A DNA stretch of 52,325 nucleotides from a virus (Duplodnaviria; Caudoviricetes): positions 1-52,325 of the IMG/VR virus record IMGVR_UViG_3300048597_000307. One strand, given 5' to 3'. Positions 44,712-52,325 of this stretch are shown in pieces. The notes under the pieces were generated by a model. The model did not search any database, had not been told where the DNA came from, and saw nothing but the letters and a program-made list of their open reading frames with translations. Each line of letters begins with the position of its first letter. Position 1 is the first letter of the stretch. The position numbers and the translations under genes were made by a program.

Positions 44712-46119
44712 CATCAGCCCGCAGCCCGGGCAGCAAACCGCGTTCCTGAGTTCCACCGCCGACGTCGTCGTCTACGGCGGCGCCGCAGGGGGCGGCAAAT
44801 CCTGGGGCCTGCTGCTGGAACCTCTCCGGCACATTGACAAAGCGCAGTTCAACTGCGTCATATTCCGCAGAACCTACGCCCAGGTCACCAACCCCGGCGG
44901 TCTCTGGGACCAGAGCATGAAACTCTACAGCAGCATCGAAGGCGCACGCGGCAAAGGCGGCAACCTCGAATGGTCTTTCCCGTCGGGCGCCCGGGTGAAG
45001 TTCGGCAACCTGCAGCACGCTGGCGACGAGTATAACTACCAGGGCAGCGAGATTGCGCTCATCTGTTTCGACGAGCTGACACACTTTGAGGAGGCGCAAT
45101 TCTGGTATCTGTTCAGCCGCAACCGCTCGCTCTCCGGCACCCGCCCCTACATCCGAGCCTCCACCAACCCCGACGCCGACAGTTGGGTCGCCAAGCTTAT
45201 CGAGTGGTGGATAGACCCGGACACCGGCTATCCCATCCCCCAGCGGGCGGGCCGGTTGCGCTACTTCGCCCGCGTGGCCGACGTCGTGGAGTGGGCCGAT
45301 ACGCCCGAGGAGCTGACCGCCCGCTTCCCCCATCTGCCGATTACGCCGAAGTCGTTCACCTTCATTCCGGCCAAGCTCAGCGACAACCGCAAGCTGATGG
45401 AAGCGGACCCCGGCTATCTCGCCAACCTCATGGCCCTGCCGCTCGTCGAGCGGGAGCGGTTGCTGGGGGGCAACTGGAAGATACGGCCGGATGCGGGCAA
45501 AGTTTTCAACCGCAGTTGGTTCGATATCGTGCCGGAAGCGCCCAGCCGGGGCCTGGCCTGTCTGTTCTGGGACCTGGCATCCACCGAGAAGGAGCTGGCC
45601 GCCGATGACCCCTCCTTTACGGCGGCGGTGCTGATGCAGATGACCGACGGCGCATTCTACGTCCGGGATTGTCTTGCCTTCCAGGGCGGCCCGGCCGAGG
45701 TGGAGCAGCGTTTCCTCAGCCATACTGCACTGGTGCAGCAGCAGATGCGGGCGCTCAACATCCCGCTCATCGTGCGCTGGGAAGTGGAACCGGGCAGCGC
45801 CGGGCGGCGCGAGGCGGCACGCTTTGTCAAGATGCTGCGTGGCATTGACGCCGGCGGCATCCCGGCCGAAGGTGACAAGCTGGTCAGGGCTCGACCCCTG
45901 GCGGCGCAGGCGCAGGTGCGGAATGTATTGCTCGCAGCGGGCGAGTGGAATGAGCGTTGGCTCAGCCATATGCACGCTGTGCCCACCGGGGCGCACATGG
46001 ACATCATGGACGCATCTTCCGGTGCATTTAACGTCCTGGTCGCCGGGCCGACCCGCCGGGCGACATCCAAGGAATATGGCAGCAAGACGCCGCAACAGCG
46101 GCGAAGGCGAGGCAGATGA
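44680..46119 (+). CDS. terL: Terminase large subunit
   Basis: YGGAAGGGKS, FDELT, STNP, WDLAS, DIMDA. Confidence 0.93.
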   Translation: MAEATAPSAIDISPQPGQQTAFLSSTADVVVYGGAAGGGKSWGLLLEPLRHIDKAQFNCVIFRRTYAQVTNPGGLWDQSMKLYSSIEGARGKGGNLEWSFPSGARVKFGNLQHAGDEYNYQGSEIALICFDELTHFEEAQFWYLFSRNRSLSGTRPYIRASTNPDADSWVAKLIEWWIDPDTGYPIPQRAGRLRYFARVADVVEWADTPEELTARFPHLPITPKSFTFIPAKLSDNRKLMEADPGYLANLMALPLVERERLLGGNWKIRPDAGKVFNRSWFDIVPEAPSRGLACLFWDLASTEKELAADDPSFTAAVLMQMTDGAFYVRDCLAFQGGPAEVEQRFLSHTALVQQQMRALNIPLIVRWEVEPGSAGRREAARFVKMLRGIDAGGIPAEGDKLVRARPLAAQAQVRNVLLAAGEWNERWLSHMHAVPTGAHMDIMDASSGAFNVLVAGPTRRATSKEYGSKTPQQRRRRGR

Positions 46120-47660
46120 TAGACATTTCCAAACTTACCCCGCAGCAATTGGAGCGGTTTATCCACTTGCAGGCGCTGGTGGAACGGCAAGCGAAAGCCA
46201 ATGCCCGGGTGCGGGCCTTGCGCGCCTACTACGATGGCGAACATCCCGTCCTGCTCACCGAGCGCCAGCAGGAGTTTCTAGGCGACCTGCTCGACAGCGA
46301 AGACACCTTCACCTTTGCGCACAACCTGGTGCGCACCGTCGTGGACACGCTCAGCGAGCGCCTGAACGTCACCGGCTTCGACGTCAACCCCTCCGACGAT
46401 GAGGCGGAGCGCGGTCCCGAAGACGACCTCGCCGCTACGCTCTGGCGCTGGTGGGAAGACAACCGTCTCAGCTCCAAGCAGGATGACCTCTATCTGGCGG
46501 CGCTGCGGGACGGGCTCAGCTTTGCCGTCGTCTCCTACAATGCCGTCGAAGACCGGCCGGATATCGTGGTGCACCAGGTGGACGACGGCACGGCCGGGGT
46601 GCGGGTCCACTACGACCCCGAGAATCCGCAGAAGATGCTCTTTGCCGTCCGCTATTTCTGGACCTTCAACCCGCTGCGCCCCGGCGAAACCGGCATCGAG
46701 CGCAAGACCGTCTACCTGCCCGGCGAAATCCGCAAGTATCAGCGTGACAGCCGCGTTGAAAACGGCTGGATTCCAGTGCAGGACTCTGGCGACCTCGGTT
46801 GGCCTCTGCCCTGGGTGGACAGCCGCGGCGAGCCGTTGGGGATTCCCGTCGCACCCTTTGCCAACCCGGGCGGCTCGGAGATGGCGCAAATCATCGGCTT
46901 GCAGAACGCGCTCAACAAAGCCTGGCTTGACCTCATTGCCGGCGCCGACGCCCACGGCTTCCCCATCCTCGTCGCCGAGTATGCCGAGCGCCAGCAGTTC
47001 GCTACAGTGGACGACGCCGACCTCGACGGCCCCGACGAGCTCTTAGTTGCCCCCGGGCGCGTGCTGGAAATCGACAAGGGCACCATCCGGCGCATCGAAG
47101 CCGCCAACCTCAGCAGCATCATCGAAGTCATTTGGACCCTCACCACGGCCATCTCCGGCGTCAGCCGCACCCCGCAGTATTATCTGCGGCCCGTGGGCGG
47201 CGGCGAGGTGCCGTCGGGCGAGTCGCTCAAGCAGTTGGAGAGCGGCATCGTGAACCGGGCCATGAAGCGCCATCTCGTATTCGGCCAGGGCTGGCAGGAT
47301 GTGATGCAGATCGCCTACCGGGTGCAGCAGACCTTTGGCCGGGAGGCGCTGCCAAGCTTCGAGCGCACCCCGACCATCCAGCCCCAGTGGAAGGACCCCA
47401 ACGTGCGCAACGAACTGGCCGAGGCGCAGGTCGCTAAGGAACATCAAGGCCTGAACGTGCCGCAGGATGAGGTATGGCGTCGCCTGGGCTACACGCCCGA
47501 GCAGATTGAGCAGTTCAAGCGCATGCAGCAGGCGACCGACGCCGCCAAGCTGGTACAGGTGGCGACGGCCATGCGCGACAAGATGCAGATGGAGCAGCAG
47601 CAGCGGGCACAGCAAGAGCAGCGGGCGCAGCAGGAGCCGCGGGCGGGAGGCGGGCAGTGA
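46116..47660 (+). CDS. Portal protein (SPP1 gp6-like)
   Basis: YYDGEH, NLVRTVVD, PSGESLK; follows terL. Confidence 0.9.
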   Translation: MIDISKLTPQQLERFIHLQALVERQAKANARVRALRAYYDGEHPVLLTERQQEFLGDLLDSEDTFTFAHNLVRTVVDTLSERLNVTGFDVNPSDDEAERGPEDDLAATLWRWWEDNRLSSKQDDLYLAALRDGLSFAVVSYNAVEDRPDIVVHQVDDGTAGVRVHYDPENPQKMLFAVRYFWTFNPLRPGETGIERKTVYLPGEIRKYQRDSRVENGWIPVQDSGDLGWPLPWVDSRGEPLGIPVAPFANPGGSEMAQIIGLQNALNKAWLDLIAGADAHGFPILVAEYAERQQFATVDDADLDGPDELLVAPGRVLEIDKGTIRRIEAANLSSIIEVIWTLTTAISGVSRTPQYYLRPVGGGEVPSGESLKQLESGIVNRAMKRHLVFGQGWQDVMQIAYRVQQTFGREALPSFERTPTIQPQWKDPNVRNELAEAQVAKEHQGLNVPQDEVWRRLGYTPEQIEQFKRMQQATDAAKLVQVATAMRDKMQMEQQQRAQQEQRAQQEPRAGGGQ

Positions 47661-47905
47661 CGACGCTGGCGCAGGCGCGCTACGAGGAGTATCTGCGCTC
47701 GCCGCGCTGGCGGCTGCTGCGGGCGCTGCGCCGGTGGCTGGACGGCAACCGCTGCCGTGTCTGTTTCAGTCCCTACCATTTGGAAGTACACCACCGGGCC
47801 TATCGCAACCGGGGCCGGTCACTGGTGGGTGAGTTGCGAGACTGTGTGACGTTGTGCGCCGCCTGCCATGCAGCCGCGCACAGGAAAGGGCTCTATGAAA
47901 AGTGA
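47657..47905 (+). CDS. HNH endonuclease
   Basis: YLRSPRW, CRVC, LEVHH, LCAACH. Confidence 0.85.
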   Translation: MTTLAQARYEEYLRSPRWRLLRALRRWLDGNRCRVCFSPYHLEVHHRAYRNRGRSLVGELRDCVTLCAACHAAAHRKGLYEK

Positions 47906-48242
47906 ACCGGTAGTCAGTGCGCAGGTCCTGGCCGGGCTTGTGCAAGTCGCCATCATGGCGGGTCTGGGGATGGCCGTCTCCCTGGGATGGGTGGCGCTCG
48001 ATTCCAGCCAGATGGGCAGCATCGAAACGTTCGTCAAGGCCGCTCTCGCCCTGCTGGCGCTCATCGCCCCGCAGATTGTGGCGGCGCTGTGGGCGCGGGC
48101 ACAGGTAACGCCCGTCGCCAACCCGAAGACGGCCGCAGGCGAGCCTGCTTTGCTGGTGCCCATGTCATTGATAACACCGCAGACGGCGGCGCAGGTAGCC
48201 GACTACGAATATTCGCAGTCAAAGGAGCGACCCTTCGCATGA
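47895..48242 (+). CDS. Two-TM holin-like protein
   Basis: EPV..two TM helices..RAQVTPV motif. Confidence 0.65.
   Translation: MKSEPVVSAQVLAGLVQVAIMAGLGMAVSLGWVALDSSQMGSIETFVKAALALLALIAPQIVAALWARAQVTPVANPKTAAGEPALLVPMSLITPQTAAQVADYEYSQSKERPFA
48201..48220. repeat. Dispersed palindrome copy 5 (GACTACGAATATTCGCAGTC)
   Basis: Read directly; one mismatch; intragenic. Confidence 0.85.
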
Positions 48243-48469
48243 GCGAACCTCTCTACTTCAAGTCCCAAGACGGCGCCATCTTGCTGACGTATTCGCCCAC
48301 GGCGGCGGCGGCGCTGGCAGCGCGAGGTTGCATTGCCATCTCGCCCGAGGAGTATGCTGCACTCAGCGCCGAGTTGACGGCCGCAGCGCCGCCCGTTACA
48401 CCTGAGCCGCCGCGATCTGTGGGCGAGTACACGCCACCTCCGGCCAAGCCGAAGGGAAAAACCAAGTAA
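48239..48469 (+). CDS. Small hypothetical protein
   Basis: AAGGAG RBS; coupled at both ends. Confidence 0.6.
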   Translation: MSEPLYFKSQDGAILLTYSPTAAAALAARGCIAISPEEYAALSAELTAAAPPVTPEPPRSVGEYTPPPAKPKGKTK

Positions 48470-49314
48470 TGGACCCGCTGCTGACGGCCCTGGTGCAGGC
48501 TGGCCTGCTGGCGCAGGATGCCGCCGACGCCCTGGCGCGCATGCTGGACCCGACGGCGCAGCGCATGTATGCCGAGGGCCTGCTGCGCAATGCGGTCTTC
48601 AACGCCTTGCAGGAGCAGCAGCAGCGGATTCTGATGCTACTGGCGAGTTCCCAGGGCGATGTCTCTCCGGCGCAGTTTGACGCCTTCTGGACGGCGGAAC
48701 GGGGCGCGCTGCTGGGCGTCGTGCTCCCAGCCCTGACAGCCGCAGCGGCAGAATCGCTGGCGGCGGCGGTGCTGCAAGGCGGGGATGTATCAAATTGGCA
48801 GGAAGTACACACTCAAGTAGTGGATTGGGTGCGGCGGTACTACCTGGACCCCAACGCCCGCGCGTTCGGGAGCATCCCCAACCTGGACGCCGTCAGCCGG
48901 GGCCAGCTCGGCGAGCAGTTCATCGCCTGGCAGACCGGTGCGCTGCGGCAGCGTGGCTATCAAGAGGGCTTGCCCGACCTGATACGGGCCATCGAACCCA
49001 TCTTCGGCATCGGGCGCGCCGAGCGCATTGCGGCCACGGAGACGACCCGCATCTATGCCCAGGTGACCCAGCAGATGGCCGACGCCAACGACGCCGTCGG
49101 TTATCTGCGGTGGTTCACGGCGGCGGATGAGCGGGTCTGCCCCATCTGCGGACCTCTGCACGGTGCGACCCGGCCGAAGAATCAGCCGTTCTACCTGCAT
49201 CCGACGTTGGGGCGCATCCAGTTGCCGGCGCATGTCAACTGCCGCTGCTGGGAGGGGCTGGAGACGACGGCGACGCTGGCTGTACCGTTCGAGTCGCAGT
49301 GGAGGTATCGCTGA
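48469..49314 (+). CDS. Head morphogenesis protein (MuF/gp7-like)
   Basis: RAERIAATE, DERVCPIC, PAHVNCRC. Confidence 0.9.
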   Translation: MDPLLTALVQAGLLAQDAADALARMLDPTAQRMYAEGLLRNAVFNALQEQQQRILMLLASSQGDVSPAQFDAFWTAERGALLGVVLPALTAAAAESLAAAVLQGGDVSNWQEVHTQVVDWVRRYYLDPNARAFGSIPNLDAVSRGQLGEQFIAWQTGALRQRGYQEGLPDLIRAIEPIFGIGRAERIAATETTRIYAQVTQQMADANDAVGYLRWFTAADERVCPICGPLHGATRPKNQPFYLHPTLGRIQLPAHVNCRCWEGLETTATLAVPFESQWRYR

Positions 49315-49799
49315 TGGAAATCCATATCGTCGTCAACGATGGCCAGGTGCGCCGCGACCTCGACCGCATGCCCCCCGCCATCACCAACGCCCTGCGGTTC
49401 GCCACGGAGGACACAACCCTCTACTGGCAGCGCATCGTCAAGACCTACCCCCCGCCACCCGACGCCATCCAGGGCACGGCCGCCAACCCCGTGCGCTTCA
49501 CTGCCATGGGGCGAGCAGTGAGCTTCATGGCCCGGCGCCGGGAAGGGTATGTCCGCACCGGCACGCTGGGCCGCTCCTGGACCATGCCCGACAGCCGCCG
49601 GGTCGAAGTCAGCCCCACCGTCGTCACCGGCCGCACCTCCTCGTCCGGCAATATCGCCCCCTACAACCGCTACGTGCAAGATGCAGCATATCAAGCAAGG
49701 ATTCATCAAGGCAGATGGGAACCAATACAGGCAACCATGCAGCGCACAGCGCCCCAGGTGCAAAGGTTTTACGCCAATCGTCTGAACGCCATCCGCTAG
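49314..49799 (+). CDS. HK97 gp10-like neck/tail completion protein
   Basis: YVRTGTLGRSW, NIAPYNRYV. Confidence 0.7.
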   Translation: MEIHIVVNDGQVRRDLDRMPPAITNALRFATEDTTLYWQRIVKTYPPPPDAIQGTAANPVRFTAMGRAVSFMARRREGYVRTGTLGRSWTMPDSRRVEVSPTVVTGRTSSSGNIAPYNRYVQDAAYQARIHQGRWEPIQATMQRTAPQVQRFYANRLNAIR

Positions 49800-49954
49800 G
49801 CGAGGAGAACGCAGTCGCGTTTTTGCGGCGCATGGCCGGGCTGCAGCCGGGCACCTACCTCGTCATCGTGGACATCGGCGAGCAGGGGCCAACCGTCGGC
49901 AGCCTCACGCCGCTGGGCAAGTTGGAGAGCTGGCACAGATAGACAGCGGCATAG

Positions 49955-49982
49955 TTGACAGATAGAACAGAAGTGCTAAAGT
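49955..49982 (+). promoter_or_regulatory. Head-operon promoter with LexA-like box
   Basis: TTGACA-16-TAAAGT; TAGAACAGAAGTGCTA at 49963-49978. Confidence 0.65.
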
Positions 49983-49989
49983 AGACAGT

Positions 49990-50193
49990 AAGGCACTGGC
50001 GGCCGGGCGTTATTTTAACCTACACTGGCGATGTGTTTTGTCGCCCGGCCGCCGGCCTTATACCGCACAGGACCACGCAAGCGGCGGGAGGACCACAGAC
50101 ACACCCCGCCATCTCGATAGGCAACCAACCGCCTATCGGCGCCCAAGTGAAACACGGCGGCTTCTCCTTCATCGGAGAGGTCGCCGTTTTTTT
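49990..50193 (+). ncRNA. Structured leader/small RNA ending in an intrinsic terminator
   Basis: Four successive hairpins; the last is followed by T7. Confidence 0.5.
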
Positions 50194-50235
50194 ATGCCTT
50201 CAACACGCCGACGGGCGGCAAAAACGGAACCTACT

Positions 50236-50814
50236 ATGCCAGAAGCAACCGAGAACACACCGCAAGACGGCCAGCAGCCAGCTCCAAACACGGCCGACGC
50301 CACCGGCACCAACGGCGGGGAGCAGCAGCCGACGCAGCAGTCGCCAGCGGCTGAGAAGACCTTTACGCAAGCGGACATCGACCGCATCGTCACCGAGCGC
50401 CTGGCCAAAGAGCGGACCAAGAGCGAGGCGGCGGTCAAGAAGGCGCAAGAGGACGCCGCGCGCAAGCAGGCGGAGGAGCAGGGAAAGTACGAGCAGCTCT
50501 ACAAGGAGACGCAAGCCAAGCTGGAACAGGCGGAGGCAAGAACCCGGGCCGCCGAACTGGCTACGCTCCGGCGCCAGGTGGCCGACAAAATCGGATTGCC
50601 TGCCACGCTGGCCGAACGGCTCCACGGCGAGACGGCCGAAGACCTCGAAGCCGACGCCAAGACCTTGCTCGCGTCACTGCCCAAGCCTGCGGCCCCCAAC
50701 CTCAACAATGAGCCGGGCGCGGGCGGCAAGCCGGCCAATGGCCAGATGTCCGAAGCGGAGAAGGCGAATCTCGCCAGCATTCTCGGCGTCAACCCGAAGT
50801 ATTTGTCTATTTAG
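50236..50814 (+). CDS. Capsid scaffolding protein
   Basis: KTFTQADIDRIVTERL, coiled coil, RLHGETAEDLEADA. Confidence 0.88.
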   Translation: MPEATENTPQDGQQPAPNTADATGTNGGEQQPTQQSPAAEKTFTQADIDRIVTERLAKERTKSEAAVKKAQEDAARKQAEEQGKYEQLYKETQAKLEQAEARTRAAELATLRRQVADKIGLPATLAERLHGETAEDLEADAKTLLASLPKPAAPNLNNEPGAGGKPANGQMSEAEKANLASILGVNPKYLSI

Positions 50815-50823
50815 GAGGCATCT

Positions 50824-51201
50824 ATGGCAATCGCCAGAGACACCACTGCCCAAAACATCAAGCCGCTGGAAGGCGCCATCGTGCGGCGCTTTACGGCCGG
50901 TGCGGTTGTGGCAGCGGGTGAACTCGTTTCCATGAAGTCTGACGGCAAGGTGGACCCCAGCGATTCCACGGCCGCCAAGGACCCCGTCTTGGGGGTAGCC
51001 ATCGCCGCCGGGTCTGACGGCAGCCGCATCGACGTCGTCGTCTTCGGCCCTATCCTCTGCCTTACCGGCGCTACGCCCGGCGCACTGGTCTACAACTCGA
51101 CCACGCCCGGCGAGCCGCTTGAGACGGTGGCGGGCAACCAGACCGTCGCCGGTATCGCCGAATCTGCGACCGTGCTGTTCGTGCGGCCCAGCAACGCATA
51201 A
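50824..51201 (+). CDS. Capsid decoration/cement protein
   Basis: AGGAGG RBS; 125 aa Gly/Ala beta protein between scaffold and capsid. Confidence 0.7.
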   Translation: MAIARDTTAQNIKPLEGAIVRRFTAGAVVAAGELVSMKSDGKVDPSDSTAAKDPVLGVAIAAGSDGSRIDVVVFGPILCLTGATPGALVYNSTTPGEPLETVAGNQTVAGIAESATVLFVRPSNA

Positions 51202-51214
51202 GGAGCAATGACCT

Positions 51215-52325
51215 ATGGCACTTGGACCACGCGACCTTTCAACCCTGGTCACGCTGCCCGGCTGGGACCCGGCGGAAATCCGCAGGTTCGAGCTGGAAGA
51301 CGGGACCAGTTACGCCACCGTCGTCAGCCAGCTATCGGCTGCGCTCGGCGCGGTGACGGCGGAAATCATCAACGACCCGCTGTACAGCTCGCTCGTTTCC
51401 TACACCGACCGTCCCGAGGTGGAATACCGGCAGGGCGGCGGCAGCGACATGGAGGAGCACACCGAATACGGGCGGCCGGATGTCGAGCGCGGCGACACCA
51501 CGGGGCACATGCTGCCCTTCAAGAAGTTCGACAAGGCGCTTGGCTGGACCTGGGACTATCTGCGCGAGGCGCGGCTGCCCCAGATTCAGGCAGACATTGC
51601 CGACGGCGTGCAGGCAGTGCGCAACCGCTACCGCAAGGCGTTCCTCAGCCGCCTGTTCAAGCGCGCCGACGATTCCGGTGCGGCGCTCGGTCTGGGCACG
51701 TCCGGTTACAGCCCCGGCTTCGCTACCGCAGCGGCCAACACCAATGTCGACTTTATCCCCGTCCCCTACGGCGGCATCTCGTTCACGTCGGCCCACGAAC
51801 ACTATGTAGCGGCGGCCGGCGGCTGGACGGTGGACATCCTCAAGGACATCAAGGCGGAGCTGCGCGAACACGGCCACCAGCCGCCCTACAACCTGATTGT
51901 GTCCCCGCTCGACGAAGCCGCCATCACGGCGCTGACGGGCTTCATCCCGACTGCGCGCATGCTGGTCAACTACGGTTCGCAGACGGCGCTCGCCACCTTC
52001 AGCAGCGATGAAATCTCGCCGGGCATCTACAGCATCGGCACACTGGAAGACATCCGCGTTTGGGTGGTGCCGGGCGTCCCGCAGTATTACGGCTTCGCTT
52101 GGAAGACCTACGGCGCCAACTCGCAGCTCAACCCGCTGCGCGTGCGCGTGCGCAAGGGCCAGACGCGCCCGACCGTCTTCGCCATGACCGACCCGCGCGC
52201 CGGCAACGCCACCAACCCGCTCCAATACCTGATGTTCTTCTCGGAGTTCGGCGTCGGCGTCGGTGCAGACCGCACCAACGGCACGCCCCGCTACGTGAAC
52301 AACGCAGCTTGGTCAGACGGCGTGG
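51215..52325 (+). CDS. Major capsid protein (continues across the junction to TAG at 133-135; absent from ORF track)
   Basis: MALGPRDLSTL...HTEYGRPD...ALGWTWDYL...WSDGVVS*; AAGGAG RBS; position after scaffold and decoration genes. Confidence 0.85.
   Translation, partial: MALGPRDLSTLVTLPGWDPAEIRRFELEDGTSYATVVSQLSAALGAVTAEIINDPLYSSLVSYTDRPEVEYRQGGGSDMEEHTEYGRPDVERGDTTGHMLPFKKFDKALGWTWDYLREARLPQIQADIADGVQAVRNRYRKAFLSRLFKRADDSGAALGLGTSGYSPGFATAAANTNVDFIPVPYGGISFTSAHEHYVAAAGGWTVDILKDIKAELREHGHQPPYNLIVSPLDEAAITALTGFIPTARMLVNYGSQTALATFSSDEISPGIYSIGTLEDIRVWVVPGVPQYYGFAWKTYGANSQLNPLRVRVRKGQTRPTVFAMTDPRAGNATNPLQYLMFFSEFGVGVGADRTNGTPRYVNNAAWSDGV
52199..52325 (+). repeat. Terminal direct overlap (copy 2)
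   Basis: Identical to 1-127. Confidence 0.97.

Larger units (their letters stand above)
1..52325. mobile_element. Complete circular temperate tailed phage genome (siphovirus-like)
   Basis: Terminase, portal, capsid, tape measure, integrase, repressor and replication genes; ends overlap by 127 bp; no obvious host housekeeping genes. Confidence 0.95.

Noticed and set aside
49800-49942. Possible small ORF ending ...KLESWHR after an AGGAG
   Set aside because: No well-spaced start codon; cannot be supported.
51208-52011. 267-aa ORF in the track
   Set aside because: Wrong frame; the real capsid ORF starts at 51215 and runs through the junction.

Overview
The window is an apparently complete, circularly assembled temperate tailed (siphovirus-like) phage of about 52.2 kb. 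Positions 1-127 are identical to 52199-52325, and the major capsid gene crosses that junction. It is GC-rich, and the host is inferred (not shown) to be Chloroflexota-like. Modules: head-tail joining, tail, fibre and accessory genes with a CHAT-protease/membrane pair in place of a recognisable endolysin (0.1-18.9 kb, +); DndC-like, helicase-MTase and Sak4-like genes (18.9-25.4 kb, -); an 11-bp phased repeat array (probable origin), tyrosine integrase, complete tRNA-Asn(GTT) and repressor (25.6-27.4 kb); replication initiator, DnaC-like loader, exonuclease, ParA, a ParB-HTH-Zn-Dam methyltransferase fusion, a PD-(D/E)xK nuclease and an FtsK-like ATPase (27.5-35.6 kb, +); accessory genes (ART-like, C5-MTase, amidoligase, C26 amidotransferase, PP-loop protein, Arg/Gly peptide; 35.8-44.2 kb); and terminase, portal and head genes (44.2-52.3 kb). 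Best candidate for a new system: a 20-bp palindrome GACTGCGAA-NN-TTCGCAGTC in five dispersed copies, one inside the ParB-MTase gene, suggesting a parS-loaded ParB clamp that carries a methyltransferase. Three further cis-regulatory layers are readable: paired repressor operators 52-53 bp apart, LexA-like boxes on two promoters, and terminator-containing leaders on the late operons. All family assignments come from motif recognition by eye; no database searches were run.
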